A stretch of 64,000 nt of DNA from Heptranchias perlo (Eukaryota): contig NC_090336.1 in NCBI RefSeq assembly GCF_035084215.1, positions 33,542,001 through 33,606,000 on the forward strand. Reading direction: 5' to 3'. The notes beneath the pieces were generated by a model. That model was not told the origin of the DNA, made no database searches, and saw only the letters and a list, made by a program, of their open reading frames with translations. The translations under genes were made by a program, and so were the position numbers. Positions 25,596 to 37,955 of this stretch are shown piece after piece. Within the stretch, counting starts at the first letter, position 1. Each line of letters opens with the position of its first letter.

Positions 25596-27619
25596 CAGCC
25601 ATCATCTAATAGAATAGCGGAACACGTTTGAGGGGCTGAATGGCCTACATCCTAAGTTCCCCATGTTCCATAGGGTAAATTCCGTGTTTCCAACAGCAAA
25701 CCATACTCTGAAGGACAGTGTATCAGAGATAGAGCTCCAACATTAGCACCAGTTCTCCAGCCTAGGTACCCTTTGAGTTCTGCTCCCTACTGGGAGTGCA
25801 GATTCTACAGGAAGTCAAAGGATATGGGCTTGGTGTGGGGGAGAAGAGAGATGAAAATGATCTGTGCATGTCCAGAAAGAGGACTTAAATAACAAAGGGA
25901 GCTAAGTTGACTGAAATATGTTATCTTTTATTTATTTTATCTGTCCTTGGGATGTGGGCAACACTAAGCAGACAGGATTTATTGCCCATCCCTTGGTCCC
26001 TTGAGAGTGTTGAGTCAACCACACACTGTAGATTTGGAATCACATGTGGGCCAGACCAGGTAGGAGTGGCAGGTCTCTTCCCTGAAGGACATTATCTCAC
26101 TGCTGCCTTCATACATCTTTATGTTTTAATTGGATAGTTCACAGACACACTGTTAGCTCAATACATTGGAGTATAGTATGTAGAAAGACTAATGCAGTAG
26201 TCCATCAAGCCTTTGCTATAAAAGGACAACAGAGCATAGTTTAAAGATGATACTATTTATAGCTGTGGATTATAGGTGACACTGGAGATGATTTTTGTCT
26301 TCAGGTGTAAGTTTATTCTAATTTGATTAGTTCTGCTTTAATACCCACCTGAATCTCAAGTGCAAATAGCACTAAATTCTCTAGTCTAAGCTCATTTGCA
26401 TACTTATTCAGAACTCTAGGTATAAACTCAGATGTGCCTCGAGATGACACTAATGCAAGGAGAAGAATCACAGTGTGTTATGCTTTAAGTGTTAATCACT
26501 CCAGAATGCCTTCTCTCATGCAGTACCAATTAGAGCCTAACTACCAAGGAACCAACCAGCATTACAGTTAGCCAGGCCTTCATATATCATATTCATGCCA
26601 TCAGATTTGCTTTTCCATCTTCTAATGAGAATTGAAGCCTCCACTTGCACTAATCCTGTGACAAAGTGAGGCATGTGAACCTCTTTCTGTAGATGTGGGT
26701 GTGAGGGTATTGGCAAATGGGCACAGGACACCTCTGGTGCAGTCTGTCCTGCCTGGCAGCTCTCCATTGGTCCTCCTGAGCTTCCTCCAAAAAACTCAGA
26801 GTTGGGAAATTCCCAGTGGGAAAACATGTTGGTGATAGCAGTGGAACTGCAGGAGAAAACCGAACAATTGAAACAAAGTCTCATGAAAATATAAGTGGCA
26901 GCAGAAAAAAGGTAAACAAAAAGAAAACAAGTGCAGAACTGGCCTTGCGCCTGTTCCCTGGATATTTCTGCAATGCCCTTTAAATGAATTTCTGCATACA
27001 GCTGATAGCGATCCTGGAAGTCCATTATAAGTATGGGCGTGAAGTGCACTCAGCATTTTGCATGCATGACTGTCAGAAAATGGCATGCAGGACAAAATGA
27101 TGTCACCCCACACCCGCTCAATTTGGAATAAAGCTGCTGCCCGTTTCAGGGAGGAGCTACCTCTCCTGTTTATTGGCAAGCACAAATGTGCACACTAGGC
27201 AGGGATCCAGCTGTACAGATCCGTTATATCAACATGCGCCAGTTTACAGGGTATATGGAGGTGAAAATCAACTTCCTCCCACCAAGTGTCTGCACTGTAT
27301 TTAGCAGCTTGTTGTCTCTGTTCAACAGTGAGGAGTATAAAAACGATCCAGGCTTCAAATACAGAGTTCTCTTGCTGTCAAACTGCAAAGCCAATCCAGG
27401 CAGCGCACAGTCAATTTGAATCTGTCAGACAATGTGCAATTCACAAATATTTGCATCAGTATTGTTCAGTTTCTGAAACTAATACGGAGTACAGCCAATC
27501 ACAACCCACTTGTGTTTCACAAGCACAGTCAATATGGGGCTTAGATAGTAGGTGGAGTTAGAAGGTTAAAAAAAAATATTGTTTACTGACTTAGAAGTGT
27601 TGACATTTGGAGAGAGCCT

Positions 27620-28070
27620 GCTATGTTTTGGATTTGTAATAAAAAGGAACAGGATAGAGAATGGAATACAGAATGAAAGAGATGGAGATGAAAGGGAACG
27701 CATCCAGAAATGGAGGCTGCGGAAACATATTTGGAGATGAGTTAAAGAGATAGAAAGAAGTAATAGGCCAGGATAGTAAAAAAGGAGAGAGATGGGCATG
27801 GGTGGGAAGGGAAAAAGGAGAGTTTAAAAGAAAGAAACAAAAAGTAAAGAAGAGACAGATAGATAGGAAGAAATATCGCACAGGAAAATAGTGGCAGGGA
27901 ATAAAATGTGGAGAGCGGGAGAAATATGTGAGATGAAAGGGAGAGAGGTGCGGTGAGTTGTGGTTTGACAGAGAAAAGGGCACTGAGGGGAAGGAGGCAG
28001 ATTTTGAAGTAGAATGAAAATAGGAAAAGAGCTAGAAGAGCGAGAGTGACTGAAAAGAGATGACGAGTGC
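27620..28070 (+). repeat. Purine-rich (GA) low-complexity tract
   Basis: Strong A/G skew with no fixed period. Confidence 0.7.
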
Positions 28071-28534
28071 GTGTATATGTTTACATTTGCAGAGACGGGA
28101 GACAGTACTAAAGTTGTTGGGCTGGGTCAAAGGCTACACAGGACAAGGGGTGACTACCACTTCTTAAGTTCCACTTTGACCATTGTTGGCTCTTAATAGG
28201 AGTTGGATTGAGTCAGGGTTGCCAGTGAGAGCTGGTTCAGGGCACCACACATTTCAGTCAAACTATCTAGCAGATATTTATGTTCCACTTTTTAAAACGG
28301 GCTTAGCAAAAATTTTGTTGGGCCATTTTGAATTAATTTAAGCACTTCATAACTAAGTGAAGGAAATACGCACTATGTATCCAGTTGAGTGTCAATTTAA
28401 TTGATTTAAAAGTGTGCAGTGAGACGTTATCACTTGTACATGGTTCAGCTGGTTTTCTGGTGATTTAATTTTTGAAATTGTGTTGGATGAAACTGCTCAA
28501 GGAAAACATGTGGGAACCCTCTGTTGTGATTGAT

Positions 28535-28910
28535 GGGGGCCAATTTTCACTGGCTCCGCTGGGTGGGAATAAGGCGGTAGCGCCCCGAATATCGCAGCGC
28601 TGAACCTACCGCTCTATTCCTCTTCCCAATTTGCCCATCACCATCTGCAACCGGTCCTGGAAATGGACAGCCAGAGGACCTGTCTTGAAACAGCAGCGTG
28701 CCTCATTAAGGGGTCCAATGACGTATATAGGACCCCAATGCAATTTTCAGGCACCAATAGGCAGATCGTGCACCGTGCAGACTCCGCCCATTGGTGCCAT
28801 GTCCTTAACTCCAGAAACAGCACAGGTAGGTTTTTAGATAGATTTTTGCGGGGCCAGGAGGAGCAGGCCCAAAGTCTGCGCAAAATTGGCTTCATGGACC
28901 GAAAAATAAA
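28535..28910. mobile_element. Partial non-autonomous Harbinger-like element
   Basis: Starts ggggccaattttcac, like other GGG..AATTTT termini in the window; CpG-rich; ggggccaggaggagca resembles the reverse complement of 46210-46230. Confidence 0.4.
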
Positions 28911-29279
28911 ATAATTAGCTCTTTTTGAGTAAAGGAAGAAAATATACCCGTAAGTGCTGAAAGCAGGGTTGTGGCACTGCTACCGCACTTCTCTTGACAA
29001 TAGTCCCTCGTATTGATATTTAAAAGACAGAGTACTGTTGCGAGCACTCGCTGTGCCATATGAAAGGGAATTTACTTGTGCTAATACCCTCCATTAACAG
29101 CATGGTGTCAATTTGAGGATGAGCGTAAAGCTGAGGTGGTACTCTGTTAAATGTAATCGCTACCACCCAATGATATTGAGCAGCTGTGCAATGACTTCTC
29201 CCAAAATGTCAAAATGTAACATTTCTCACCCCATCATGTCTAGTCATTAAAACTGTCCTCATTCCCAGAAGCTTTCCTC

Positions 29280-29655
29280 TACAACAACAACTTGTATTTA
29301 TATAGTGCCTTTAACATAGAAAATGTCCCAGAATGCTTTACAGAGATGTAATCAGAAAAAATGGGCACCCAGAGAAAAAAAGTTCATTATTTAGGAGCGG
29401 TGACCGAACACTTGATTGAAGACGTGGATTTCAAGGAGAGTCTTAAAGGAGGAGAGGGAGTTGGAGAAGAGGAGAGATTCAGGGAAGGCATTCTAGCAGG
29501 TGGGGCCGAGATGGATGAAGGCATGGCTGCCAGTGGTGTGGAGAAGGATGCACGAGAGGCCAGCATCAGAGGAACAGAGAGTTCTGGAGGAGTTGTAGGG
29601 CTGGAGGAGATTACAGAGACAGGGTTGGTGAGACCATAAAGGGATTTAAACATGC
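29280..29655 (-). mobile_element. L2 LINE 3' fragment
   Basis: Tail acaacaacaacttgtatttatatagtgcc; collinear with 30830-31215. Confidence 0.8.
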
Positions 29656-30102
29656 GGATAATAAACCACAGTCATGACCCTATTTACTCCCTCCCCTCCC
29701 AAAAAAATGTAGTAATATTGTTCTGGAGATGGTAATTTTACTTATAGACAAGATTCCTTACAAAGCTGGATGTTTTGAGATTGCAAATAATAATTATTCT
29801 TGCTTGCAGTCCAAAGCAGTGGTCTCCAGTAAATGAGATCAGAAGGAAAGAGGAAAAGTGACTATTTCCTACTGAAGCACTGCAAGAAGCCCGGATTTAC
29901 TTGGAGCAGTGATTTAAAATGTCATTTTGCTCTCTAGATACAGGATGAACCTATAACCTAATAAAACAGAAAACCTTGTAGCTCAATCAGCAAATTAATT
30001 AATGTAGAAAATATTGTGATTGTCCTAGTCTATTTACTCAGTACCAACCCAATAGAACTCCCCAGTGAAAAAAGAGTTATCTGTTTTTAATACAACTGGT
30101 CA

Positions 30103-30443
30103 TTCTCTCTCTTTCTCTTCCTTTCGGATGTTTCTCTCTCTCTCTCTCTCTCTATCTTTGGGTTCTGACCGTTTGTATATTCAGTAGTCCTGTATGTAAT
30201 GTCTCTCTGTCTGAACACTTTGATTGCCTTGACAACGGGCTGTTGGAAAGATTATCTGTAATCACCAGGCATTGTTCTCTGACTATATATGTGGTAACCT
30301 TCATGGAATCCCACACTCACCTGACGAAGGAGAAAGTCTCTGGAAGCTTGTGATTTTCAAATAAAACTGTTGGATTATAACCTGGTGTTGTAAGATTCCT
30401 TACATTTGTCCACCCCAGTCCATCACCGGCATCTCCACATCAT
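30103..30443 (+). mobile_element. Penelope-like element 3' pseudo-LTR fragment
   Basis: (TC)n, hammerhead-like motif, aataaa and terminal ccccagtccatcaccggcatctccacatc, shared with the inserts at 35565 and 35941. Confidence 0.75.
30317..30353 (+). ncRNA. Degenerate minimal hammerhead ribozyme
   Basis: tcac-CTGACGA-a-ggaga aag tctct-GGAA-gctt-gtga; the conserved GAAA is mutated to GGAA. Confidence 0.6.
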
Positions 30444-30829
30444 CAGCACATTTACATTAAGAAAGAACTCCAGGAGGAACTATAATTTTTTTCAAGTCAA
30501 CTATTAACTTATGATATTACCAACATCCCTGGTACTGCTGTGTTCAACCCATCTCTTGACTAAAATGAATCGAGGGTTAGTAATTGAAACTTTGTGACTG
30601 TGAATGGAGGATTAATAGGTTAAATAAACATAGCTCAAGTGTTCTGCCGAAGGGTCTGAAATATCCACACTCTAGTTATAAGTGCAATATTACCTTGAAG
30701 ACTATTAGAAATATGTGGTCAATATTTCATCAGGATATTGCAGTCAGTACCTTTTTTACAACATAGTCAATATAGTAACTACAGCCAATGCTGTCGAAAC
30801 AACCATTATTTTCAACACAGGAGGTGGCG

Positions 30830-33630
30830 GCATCAACAACATACATTTATGTAGCAACTTTAAAGTACAAAAATGTCCCAAGGTGCTTCGCAGAGGCATA
30901 ATCAAAAAGTTGGACAAGAAGCCAAAGAAGGAGATATTAGGAGGAGTGACAAACCCTTGGTCAAGGAGGAGAGGGAGTTGGAGGGGTGGAGGTATTTGAG
31001 GAAGGGAATTCCAGAGAGTGAGGCCTAGGTGGCTGAAGGCACAGCTGACAATGGTGGGGTGAAGAGACAGAAGGGGAGGAGGGTAGGGGGTAGGGGGGAT
31101 GGGATGCACATGAGGCCAGAGGAACAGAGAGTACTGGGGGGTAGAGGGGGAGGTGTTAGAGGGCTGGAGGAGGTTACAGAGATAGGAATGGGACAAGGCC
31201 ATGGAGGGATTTAAACAAAAGGATTAGAATTTTAAATTTTAACTGTGGGGGTCCGGGTGCCAATGTAAGTCAGTGAGGACAGAAGTGATGCGTGAGCAGG
31301 ACTTGATGCAGGATAGTATACAGGTAGCAGAGTTTTGATGAGCTGAAGTTTACGGAGAGTGGAGGATGGGAGGTCAGCCAGAAAAGCTTGGAATAGTCAA
31401 GTCTGGAAGTGATAAAGACATGGATGAGGTTTTCAGCAGTAAATGGGCTGAGGTACAGATGAAGGTGGGCGATGTTACAGAGGTGAAAGTAAGTGTTCTT
31501 TGTGATGGAGAGGATATGGGGTCAGAAGCTCAGCTCAGAGTCAAATAGGACACTAAGTCTGTGAACAATCTGGTTCAGCCTGAGACAGTGGCAGGGTTGG
31601 GGAATGTAATTGGTGGCAGAGGTATAGAGTTTGTTAATGTTTAGCTAGAGGAAATTGTGGCTTATCCAGGACTGGATGTCTGACACACAGAGGCAGTAGA
31701 TGGTCGAGAGAGCTGGTTGAGAGGTAGAGCTGGGTGCTGTCGGTGTACATATTGAAGCTGACCCCATATCTGTAGATAAGCTGCGAGGGGCAGCAAATAA
31801 ATGTGGAACAGAAGAGGCCCATGGGTAAATCCTTGGGGGACTCTGGAGATAATGGTGCAGAGACGGGAATGGGAAGTGAAGCCATTGCTGGAGATGCTCT
31901 GGCTACAATTGGATAGATAAGATCGGAAACAACCGAGGGCAGTACCACTGAGCTAGATAACAGAGAAGAGTCTTTGGAGGAGGATGGTGTGGTTGACTGT
32001 GTCAAAGGGTGCAAAGAGGTTGAAGAGGACAAGGAGGGATAATACACCATGGCCACATCACAGAGGACATCATTTGTGACTTTGGTTAGGACTGATTTCG
32101 TGCTGTGGGAGGGATGAACCTGACTAGAGAGATTCCAACATGGAATTGTGGGAAAGATGGGCACTGATTTGGGAGACGACAACATGTCCAAGGACATTGG
32201 AGAAGAATGGGAGATTGGAGATGGGGCGGTAGATTGCAAGAACAGAGGGGTCGAGGGTGGGCTTTTTGAGGACGTGGGTGATAATGGTGGTCTTGAAAAG
32301 GAGGGGGAAATAGTTGAAGAGTAGGAACCATTTACAATGTCAGTTGGCATGGGGGCCAGGAAGAGAAGTTTGGTGGTCAGCAGTTTATGGGGTCAAGGGA
32401 GCTGGAGGTGGGTCTCATGGACGAGATCAGCTTAGAGAGGGCATGAGGGGAGATGGAGATAAAAGAAATTCGAGAGAGATGCAGATTTAGGTCTAGGACA
32501 GGTGCGAGTCTGGGGGAGGTTTGGCTTGGTCGGAGGGGGAAGCAGCAGAGACAGCTGAACATACAATCTCAATCTTAGTCAAGAAAAAGTCCATGAGCTC
32601 CTTGCACTTGTTGGAAGTAAGGTTAGAAAGAGGAGGGGAGAGGGGCTTAAGGAGAGAGTTGGTAGTGGAGAAAAGAAGCTAGGGGTTATCTTTGTTTTCC
32701 AGGATGATCCTGGAGTAGTGGACGGTTTTGGCAGAGGACAGTGAGGTCCGACAACAGTTGATGTGGTTTAGTCAGATCTGGTGATGAATTATGCACCAGG
32801 TACGCTCGAGTCTGCACATCTTGGACTTGAGGGAGGGAAGATTGGGCCATAACAAGGGGAATGACTGTGATGGGAGAGAAAGTAAAGGCTTTGCTGGGGA
32901 CAAAGGCATAAAAGTTGGAGGTGAGAGCATGGTTGAGCAAATTGACAGCTGCAGAGTTATTGTGGTGAATGGAAGGCCAAAAGGTAGGCAGTTGGGAGTT
33001 TGAAAGTGCAATTGTAAGTGACTTGGGGAGAATATTTTGCAGGGGTGGATGCAGTCACAAGTAGGGTTGGAAGGAGGTAGGGGAGTGTGGGTGGTGAGGG
33101 ACACCAGGAGGTAATCAAAGATGGCCTTGTCTGTAATCGAGACCACGTAAGTCGAGAGGTGACAGATGGCAAGGGTTGGGGGGATGGCTGTGAATATGGC
33201 TACAAGAGCTTATACGGAGAGTGTAGGGAAATGGGGGGGGTGGGTGGTGAATTCAGGGAAGAGAGGGCAAGGAGAGGCGAGATGCAGATTGAAATCACCG
33301 AGGATGTGAGTCGTTCAGAGCCGAGGTGCAGGGAAGAAAGGAGGAAGGAAATCTTGGGGAGAAACTCAGGGTGGGGTTTGGGAGGACAGTAAAAAGCTAG
33401 GTTTTTGATCGAGAGGTGAGGGGGTTCTGGAACAAGGTGAGGTGCTCGAAGGAGGAGAAGGTACCAGTGGAGTACCGAGAGAGACCAAGATGTGACTTGG
33501 TGATAACGGCCACACTTCCATAATGGCGGTTTGGACGAGGCAGGTGGTGGAAAGTATAGCCAGATGGGGAGGCATCAATAAGGGGCAAAGTGTCACTACC
33601 CATGAGCCAAGTTTCAGTCAAAAGTAGCAC
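30830..33630 (-). mobile_element. L2 LINE, about 2.8 kb of heavily decayed ORF2 (APE plus RT)
   Basis: LLTETWL..SPSGYTFHHLPRPNRHYGSVAVI (APE), HSTKSVLTKVTND and FNMYTDSTQLYLS (RT); L2 tail at about 30835. Confidence 0.88.
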
Positions 33631-34394
33631 AGCTGCTACAGTTAGCACCTCCAGCAGAGCCAACCCTGTGCAAGGTGTTATGAGTGTTTTTGTTGCACTT
33701 ATTAGAAAAATATTTTATAAGAACATATTCATTTCCTTTCAGGAATCCTTCCTCCTTTTATTTTTGGAGTGTTGCCAGTCCAGTGCGTATCACAGAATCC
33801 CAGTCAATAGTGAAGACACCAAATCTGTGTAATTCTATGGAGTGCAATTAATGTCCCTTTTCTTGAAGAAAGAGTAAATGCTTCCTGTAAGTAATAGTAA
33901 CTGTATTTTTCTGTTTTGCTTTGCAGAAGTTTATAATGCAAAGTATTTTACTGTTCCACTGACAGGAGTGAATGGATGATCAATTCTATCTAGTCAATGA
34001 CAAAAGAGCCCTGACACTGGCATAAAGTGCTGTTTTAGTCGTACCAACAATATATTGACTTGGATCACTGTGAGAAAAGTTTCAGAAAAAAAGTATATAT
34101 ACCTGGGATTGGAAGCCACTGCAACACATAGATATTTTTTCATCCTCTAACATGAAAGCAGTTTTGTGCATGGCTCCAGACACTGGTTCTGGATGTACTT
34201 TTTGCTGCGGCTCCGTCAATCGCTCTTATGGGATGCGACTATGAAAATTATATGAGAAAAAGAATTGCCAAAAGGAGTCCGACTCTTGTCTTGTGCTCAG
34301 AAGCATTATTGTTAATTCATGAAAAGTTGTATAAACAATCAGCATAAGGCTTTACAAAATAAAATGGGGTCAGCAACAGAATCGTATGAAATTA

Positions 34395-34595
34395 CATATA
34401 ACATTACATAGAATTTATAGTACAGAAACAGGCCATTCGGCCCAACTAGTCCATGCCAGTGTCCACATGAGCCTCCTCCCACCTCACTTCATCTAACCCT
34501 ATCTGCATATTCTTCTATTCCTTTCTCCCTCATGTACTTATCTAGCTCTCCCTAAAGCATTCTGTGCTATTTGCCTCAACAACTCTATGTGGTAA
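34395..34595 (-). mobile_element. CR1 3' tail fragment
   Basis: Reverse complement of the tail at 57610-57771 (acagaaacaggccattcggcccaact). Confidence 0.75.
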
Positions 34596-34624
34596 TGTCA
34601 TAAAATGCATTGAAACACAGCATT

Positions 34625-35421
34625 GGGCTGGAAATTGCTCGTAAAATAACGGTGAGCCTAACAGTGCTTACCGTTATTGATGGGCAAATGGAACAGCAAG
34701 TTCTGGCGACCGCACATGTGCAGTCAAACGCGCAAATCCGGAACTTGCTCTTCCTGATTCACCAGTGATCTGAAAGCTCCGTCGATTGACAGCTCGCTGG
34801 CTGGCTCTCCATTGAATTACGTGGAGGAGCGTGAACTTGCTGCTGGAATGCGGTAAGTCCACACTAAAATACACTGAAAAAGTTAGGGCTGCTCTGAACT
34901 GGCACTAGGAGCCTGCCCTGCCGCCATGTTAATCTTGTGCATAATTAATGAAACCAAGATTCAGCTGGAAGGAGATTTTTAAGAGATGTCCAAGAGATGT
35001 TTAATAAGTCTGAGAGCCGGGTGTTAGAATTCTCAAATGTTTTTAAAATTTTTTTTTACTTTTTCTATCTGTCTCTTTTATCTCAGTCTTTTACTCTCAC
35101 CCTCTCTTTATTTTGCTTTCTCTATCTGATGTTATAGTACATTTACTAATCTTATCTGGTTCTTAATCTGCGCGGTTTGTGAATGAGCTCCACTTCCTGG
35201 CTCTCACGGGGTGGTTTGTGTTCAAGCTGGTTGGTGGAGGAGACACAGAGCTCCTTTCCTCCTCTCACAGCTCAGAGAAGCCCGGGAACGACCGCTGCTC
35301 CTCTTGCAGCTCTCAATTAAAGCAAGTTGGAGCCCAGAAACCCGCAAAAAGTTTGTGGGCGAGTTAGTCACTTAACAGTGGTGGCCGACATCCTTTTGCC
35401 ACTCACAGCAATTTCCGGCCC
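34625..35421. mobile_element. Non-autonomous DNA transposon (Harbinger-like), about 800 bp
   Basis: 15-bp TIRs gggctggaaattgct (34625-34639) / agcaatttccggccc (35407-35421), 14/15 complementary; no ORF. Confidence 0.7.
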
Positions 35422-35653
35422 ACAGTTTCAGTTGATGTGACATCTTTGTGAAGAACATGATACACAGCTCAGATGTTGGTCAGATGAAATGTTAAAAGAT
35501 TTCACATTTTTTTTAATGAAGATAGAGCTCTTTTAAAAAGAAGTTAATAAACTAGGTTGATGGACATGATGTGGAGATGCCGGTGATGGACTGGGGTTGA
35601 CAATTGTAAACAATTTTACAACACCAAGTTATAGTCCAGCAATTTTATTTTAA

Positions 35654-35694
35654 ATTCACAAGCTTTCGGAGATTTTCTCCTTCCTCAGGCAAAT
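35654..35694 (-). ncRNA. Minimal type I hammerhead ribozyme (minus-strand copy)
   Basis: Exact reverse complement of 35750-35790. Confidence 0.75.
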
Positions 35695-35749
35695 GTTTCA
35701 AGATCTCCTTGAAGCCATAAATGCGTAGGCTTCAAGGAGATCTTGAAAC

Positions 35750-35790
35750 ATTTGCCTGAGGAAGGAGAAAATCTCCGAAAGCTTGTGAAT
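35750..35790 (+). ncRNA. Minimal type I hammerhead ribozyme
   Basis: Stem I AUUUGC/GUGAAU, core CUGAGGA, extra A, stem II GGAGA-AAA-UCUCC, GAAA, palindromic AGCU helix III, NUH triplet CUU (predicted cut after 35784). Confidence 0.78.
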
Positions 35791-35940
35791 TTAAAATAAA
35801 ATTGCTGGACTATAACTTAGGTTGATGGAAGAATGGCCCTATAGCTTTCACTGTTTAAAATGCCTTTAAAAAGATAGCTGCCATGCTAACAAAATGACAG
35901 AATAGGTTTAATAGACTGAATGGCCTGCTCCTGTTTTTAT

Positions 35941-36098
35941 AATTGTAAACAATTTTACAACACCAAGTTGAATTCACCTGAGGAAGGAGGAAGCCTCCGA
36001 AAGCTTGCGAATTTCAAATAAAATTGTTGGACTATAACTTGGTGTTGTAAAATTGTTTACAATTGTCAACCCCAGTCCATCACCGGCATCTCCACATC
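35941..36098 (+). mobile_element. Second Penelope-derived insert with a short inverted 5' segment
   Basis: 35941-35969 is the reverse complement of 36036-36064; TSD tcctgtttttataa at 35929-35942 and 36097-36110. Confidence 0.85.
35970..36014 (+). ncRNA. Minimal type I hammerhead ribozyme
   Basis: GAAUUCAC-CUGAGGA-A-GGAGG AAG CCUCC-GAAA-GCUU-GCGAAUUU; intact core, one mismatch in stem I. Confidence 0.75.
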
Positions 36099-37955
36099 CT
36101 GTTTTTATAAGGAATAGGAGCAGGAGTAGGTCATATGGCCCCTCGAGCCTGCTCTGCCATTCAACATGTTACTACGTATTACAAAATGGTGCCTTTCGTA
36201 CTTATTTGCAGAAATAAAAATATTATCATACTGTTTGCAGGGCAACACAATAAATTTAAAATACATATTTCAGAGGAGCTTGGTTCTTGTTTAACTTTAG
36301 GTGCAGATGACACTAATGTAGAAACTATAGAAAATAGGGTTTGATCTACATTTGTGGCTCATTCGACGTCAGTGGACAGAATTTGTAGGCAGCACGTCAT
36401 CAGAAAGGACCTCAGGCGGAGGGGCCCTAATTAAAGCCACAGTACCATTGTCCTTTCCAATCTCGATGCCAAATTCAGGTCAATTTCATCCACTCACAAT
36501 CAACCAGCCTAGAATTTAAAAATGTTTGAGCTGATTTTAAGAAAGCAATCAGCCAACTGACAGATATAATTTATATTGAAATACCTTTTCTGAGTGAGGT
36601 GATTGTATTTCATTTGAATGGCATGATTCCCAATCTTTTTCTTTTAAAAGGGAAGCCCATGAAAGATGCAGAATATGGATGCCTCAACAATGCTCCCTTA
36701 TCTATGGGGATTTTTATATTTCACAAAGCAAATGTATCTGAGTTGGGCACAGAAAGTATATTGACCAAAACAGGAAATCAGTAAGCTTCTGTTAAATACT
36801 AATTCACAAATATCCGTATCATGTAACCAGAAACAAGAATCGCATGTTAAGTTGCATCCAAGCTGACTCATTTACAGATTGTGCTGGTATGTAGAAAAAC
36901 GTCTCCTCAGTTATTTAGCTATTTCTGTAATTTTCGTTGTACATTTTCATTTATTGCTGCGTGGGGAGGGATGTGTGAAAGGGAAGAAAAATCCTCAAAA
37001 TCATACAGGGAAAAAAAAGTAGGGAATGGGCTAGATTTCCTCCCATTCTTAATCAATGGGCAGAAAATGTAGCCATCAGTTAGAAATTGGAGGACTTGGA
37101 GATGTGAAAGGGAAAGAAAATGCCAAAACTTGCAGGAAAAGTCTATAATAGCTAACTGGGCCACAGTCTGCAAATATAAGCCTGACTATGATTCTGAAAC
37201 AGTGATTTTGAATTAGAAGTTGTCTCTACTGCTACTAAGTAAGTGCTTAAAAACTTTTTAATACCCTTCATTCACAGGGCTGTGAATTTCTGATAAGCAG
37301 CAGTTGTTGAGACTCTCCGATGATTTAGATGGTTAAAGCAACGAGTAATTCACTGTGCAGATCAGTAAGGTCCCAGCTTTGATCGGAAGTCTGTGCTGAG
37401 GCAGCTGATCTCGTCCAGGACAGTGGCAGGGGTGCTTCATTTCACCTCAGCCCAAAGGATTTAGTGGAGGGGAACTGACTGAGGTTCCCCTTTCTCGTTT
37501 CCTCAGGATTTCCAGGGCTTTCCTGGGGATGAGGGGGCAGAGCTGGGCCTGTGCCTGCAGTAAGCGCAGGCCCTTCTTGGCACCCCAGTGCAGGGATGCC
37601 CAGAAAGCTCTGCCAATCAAAGTGTCCACAGGGGCCCGGGGGCAGACCAAAGACTGCAGGTGAGAAATGTTTTAAAAGTTTTAATCCCATCCTGCTTTCC
37701 AGGGCGCCTAGGTCTAACCATGACCTTTTGCCTGTCAATCTCTGAGCTGCAGGCCAGTCACATTCCTGTCCCTTCCACTGGTACTAGTTCCTGTAAATAG
37801 CCTGGCACAGGAAATCCTGGCGCTCCCTGGGTTTGAACAGGAGCTGTGGATGCTGTTCCTATCTAGTGCTGGGGTGATCGGAGGAGGGAGAGGTGGGGAG
37901 GGGTTGGGGAGGAAGAGAAGTAATGGGACAAAATTAGTGGAAGAAGGAGGAAAAA

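Larger units (their letters stand above)
35565..35817. mobile_element. Penelope-derived palindromic insert (inverted pseudo-LTR pair)
   Basis: Perfect 91-bp arms 35626-35716 / 35728-35818 with an 11-nt spacer; TSD taggttgatgga at 35553-35564 and 35818-35829. Confidence 0.85.

Noticed and set aside
26537-27185. Long ORFs (170 and 129 aa), a possible exon at 26693-26911 and a GGGAAATTCCC NF-kB-like site
   Set aside because: No recognisable domain, stops in all plus-strand frames of the putative exon, and a single motif is expected by chance.
33743-33926. Acceptor (ttcctttcag), donor (gtaagt), acceptor (gctttgcag) suggesting exons
   Set aside because: Stops in all three frames of 33743-33886 and only 40 nt between donor and next acceptor; a non-coding exon cannot be excluded but is unsupported.
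37330-37440. tRNA-like box motifs
   Set aside because: No cloverleaf; probably a degenerate SINE head, not a tRNA gene.
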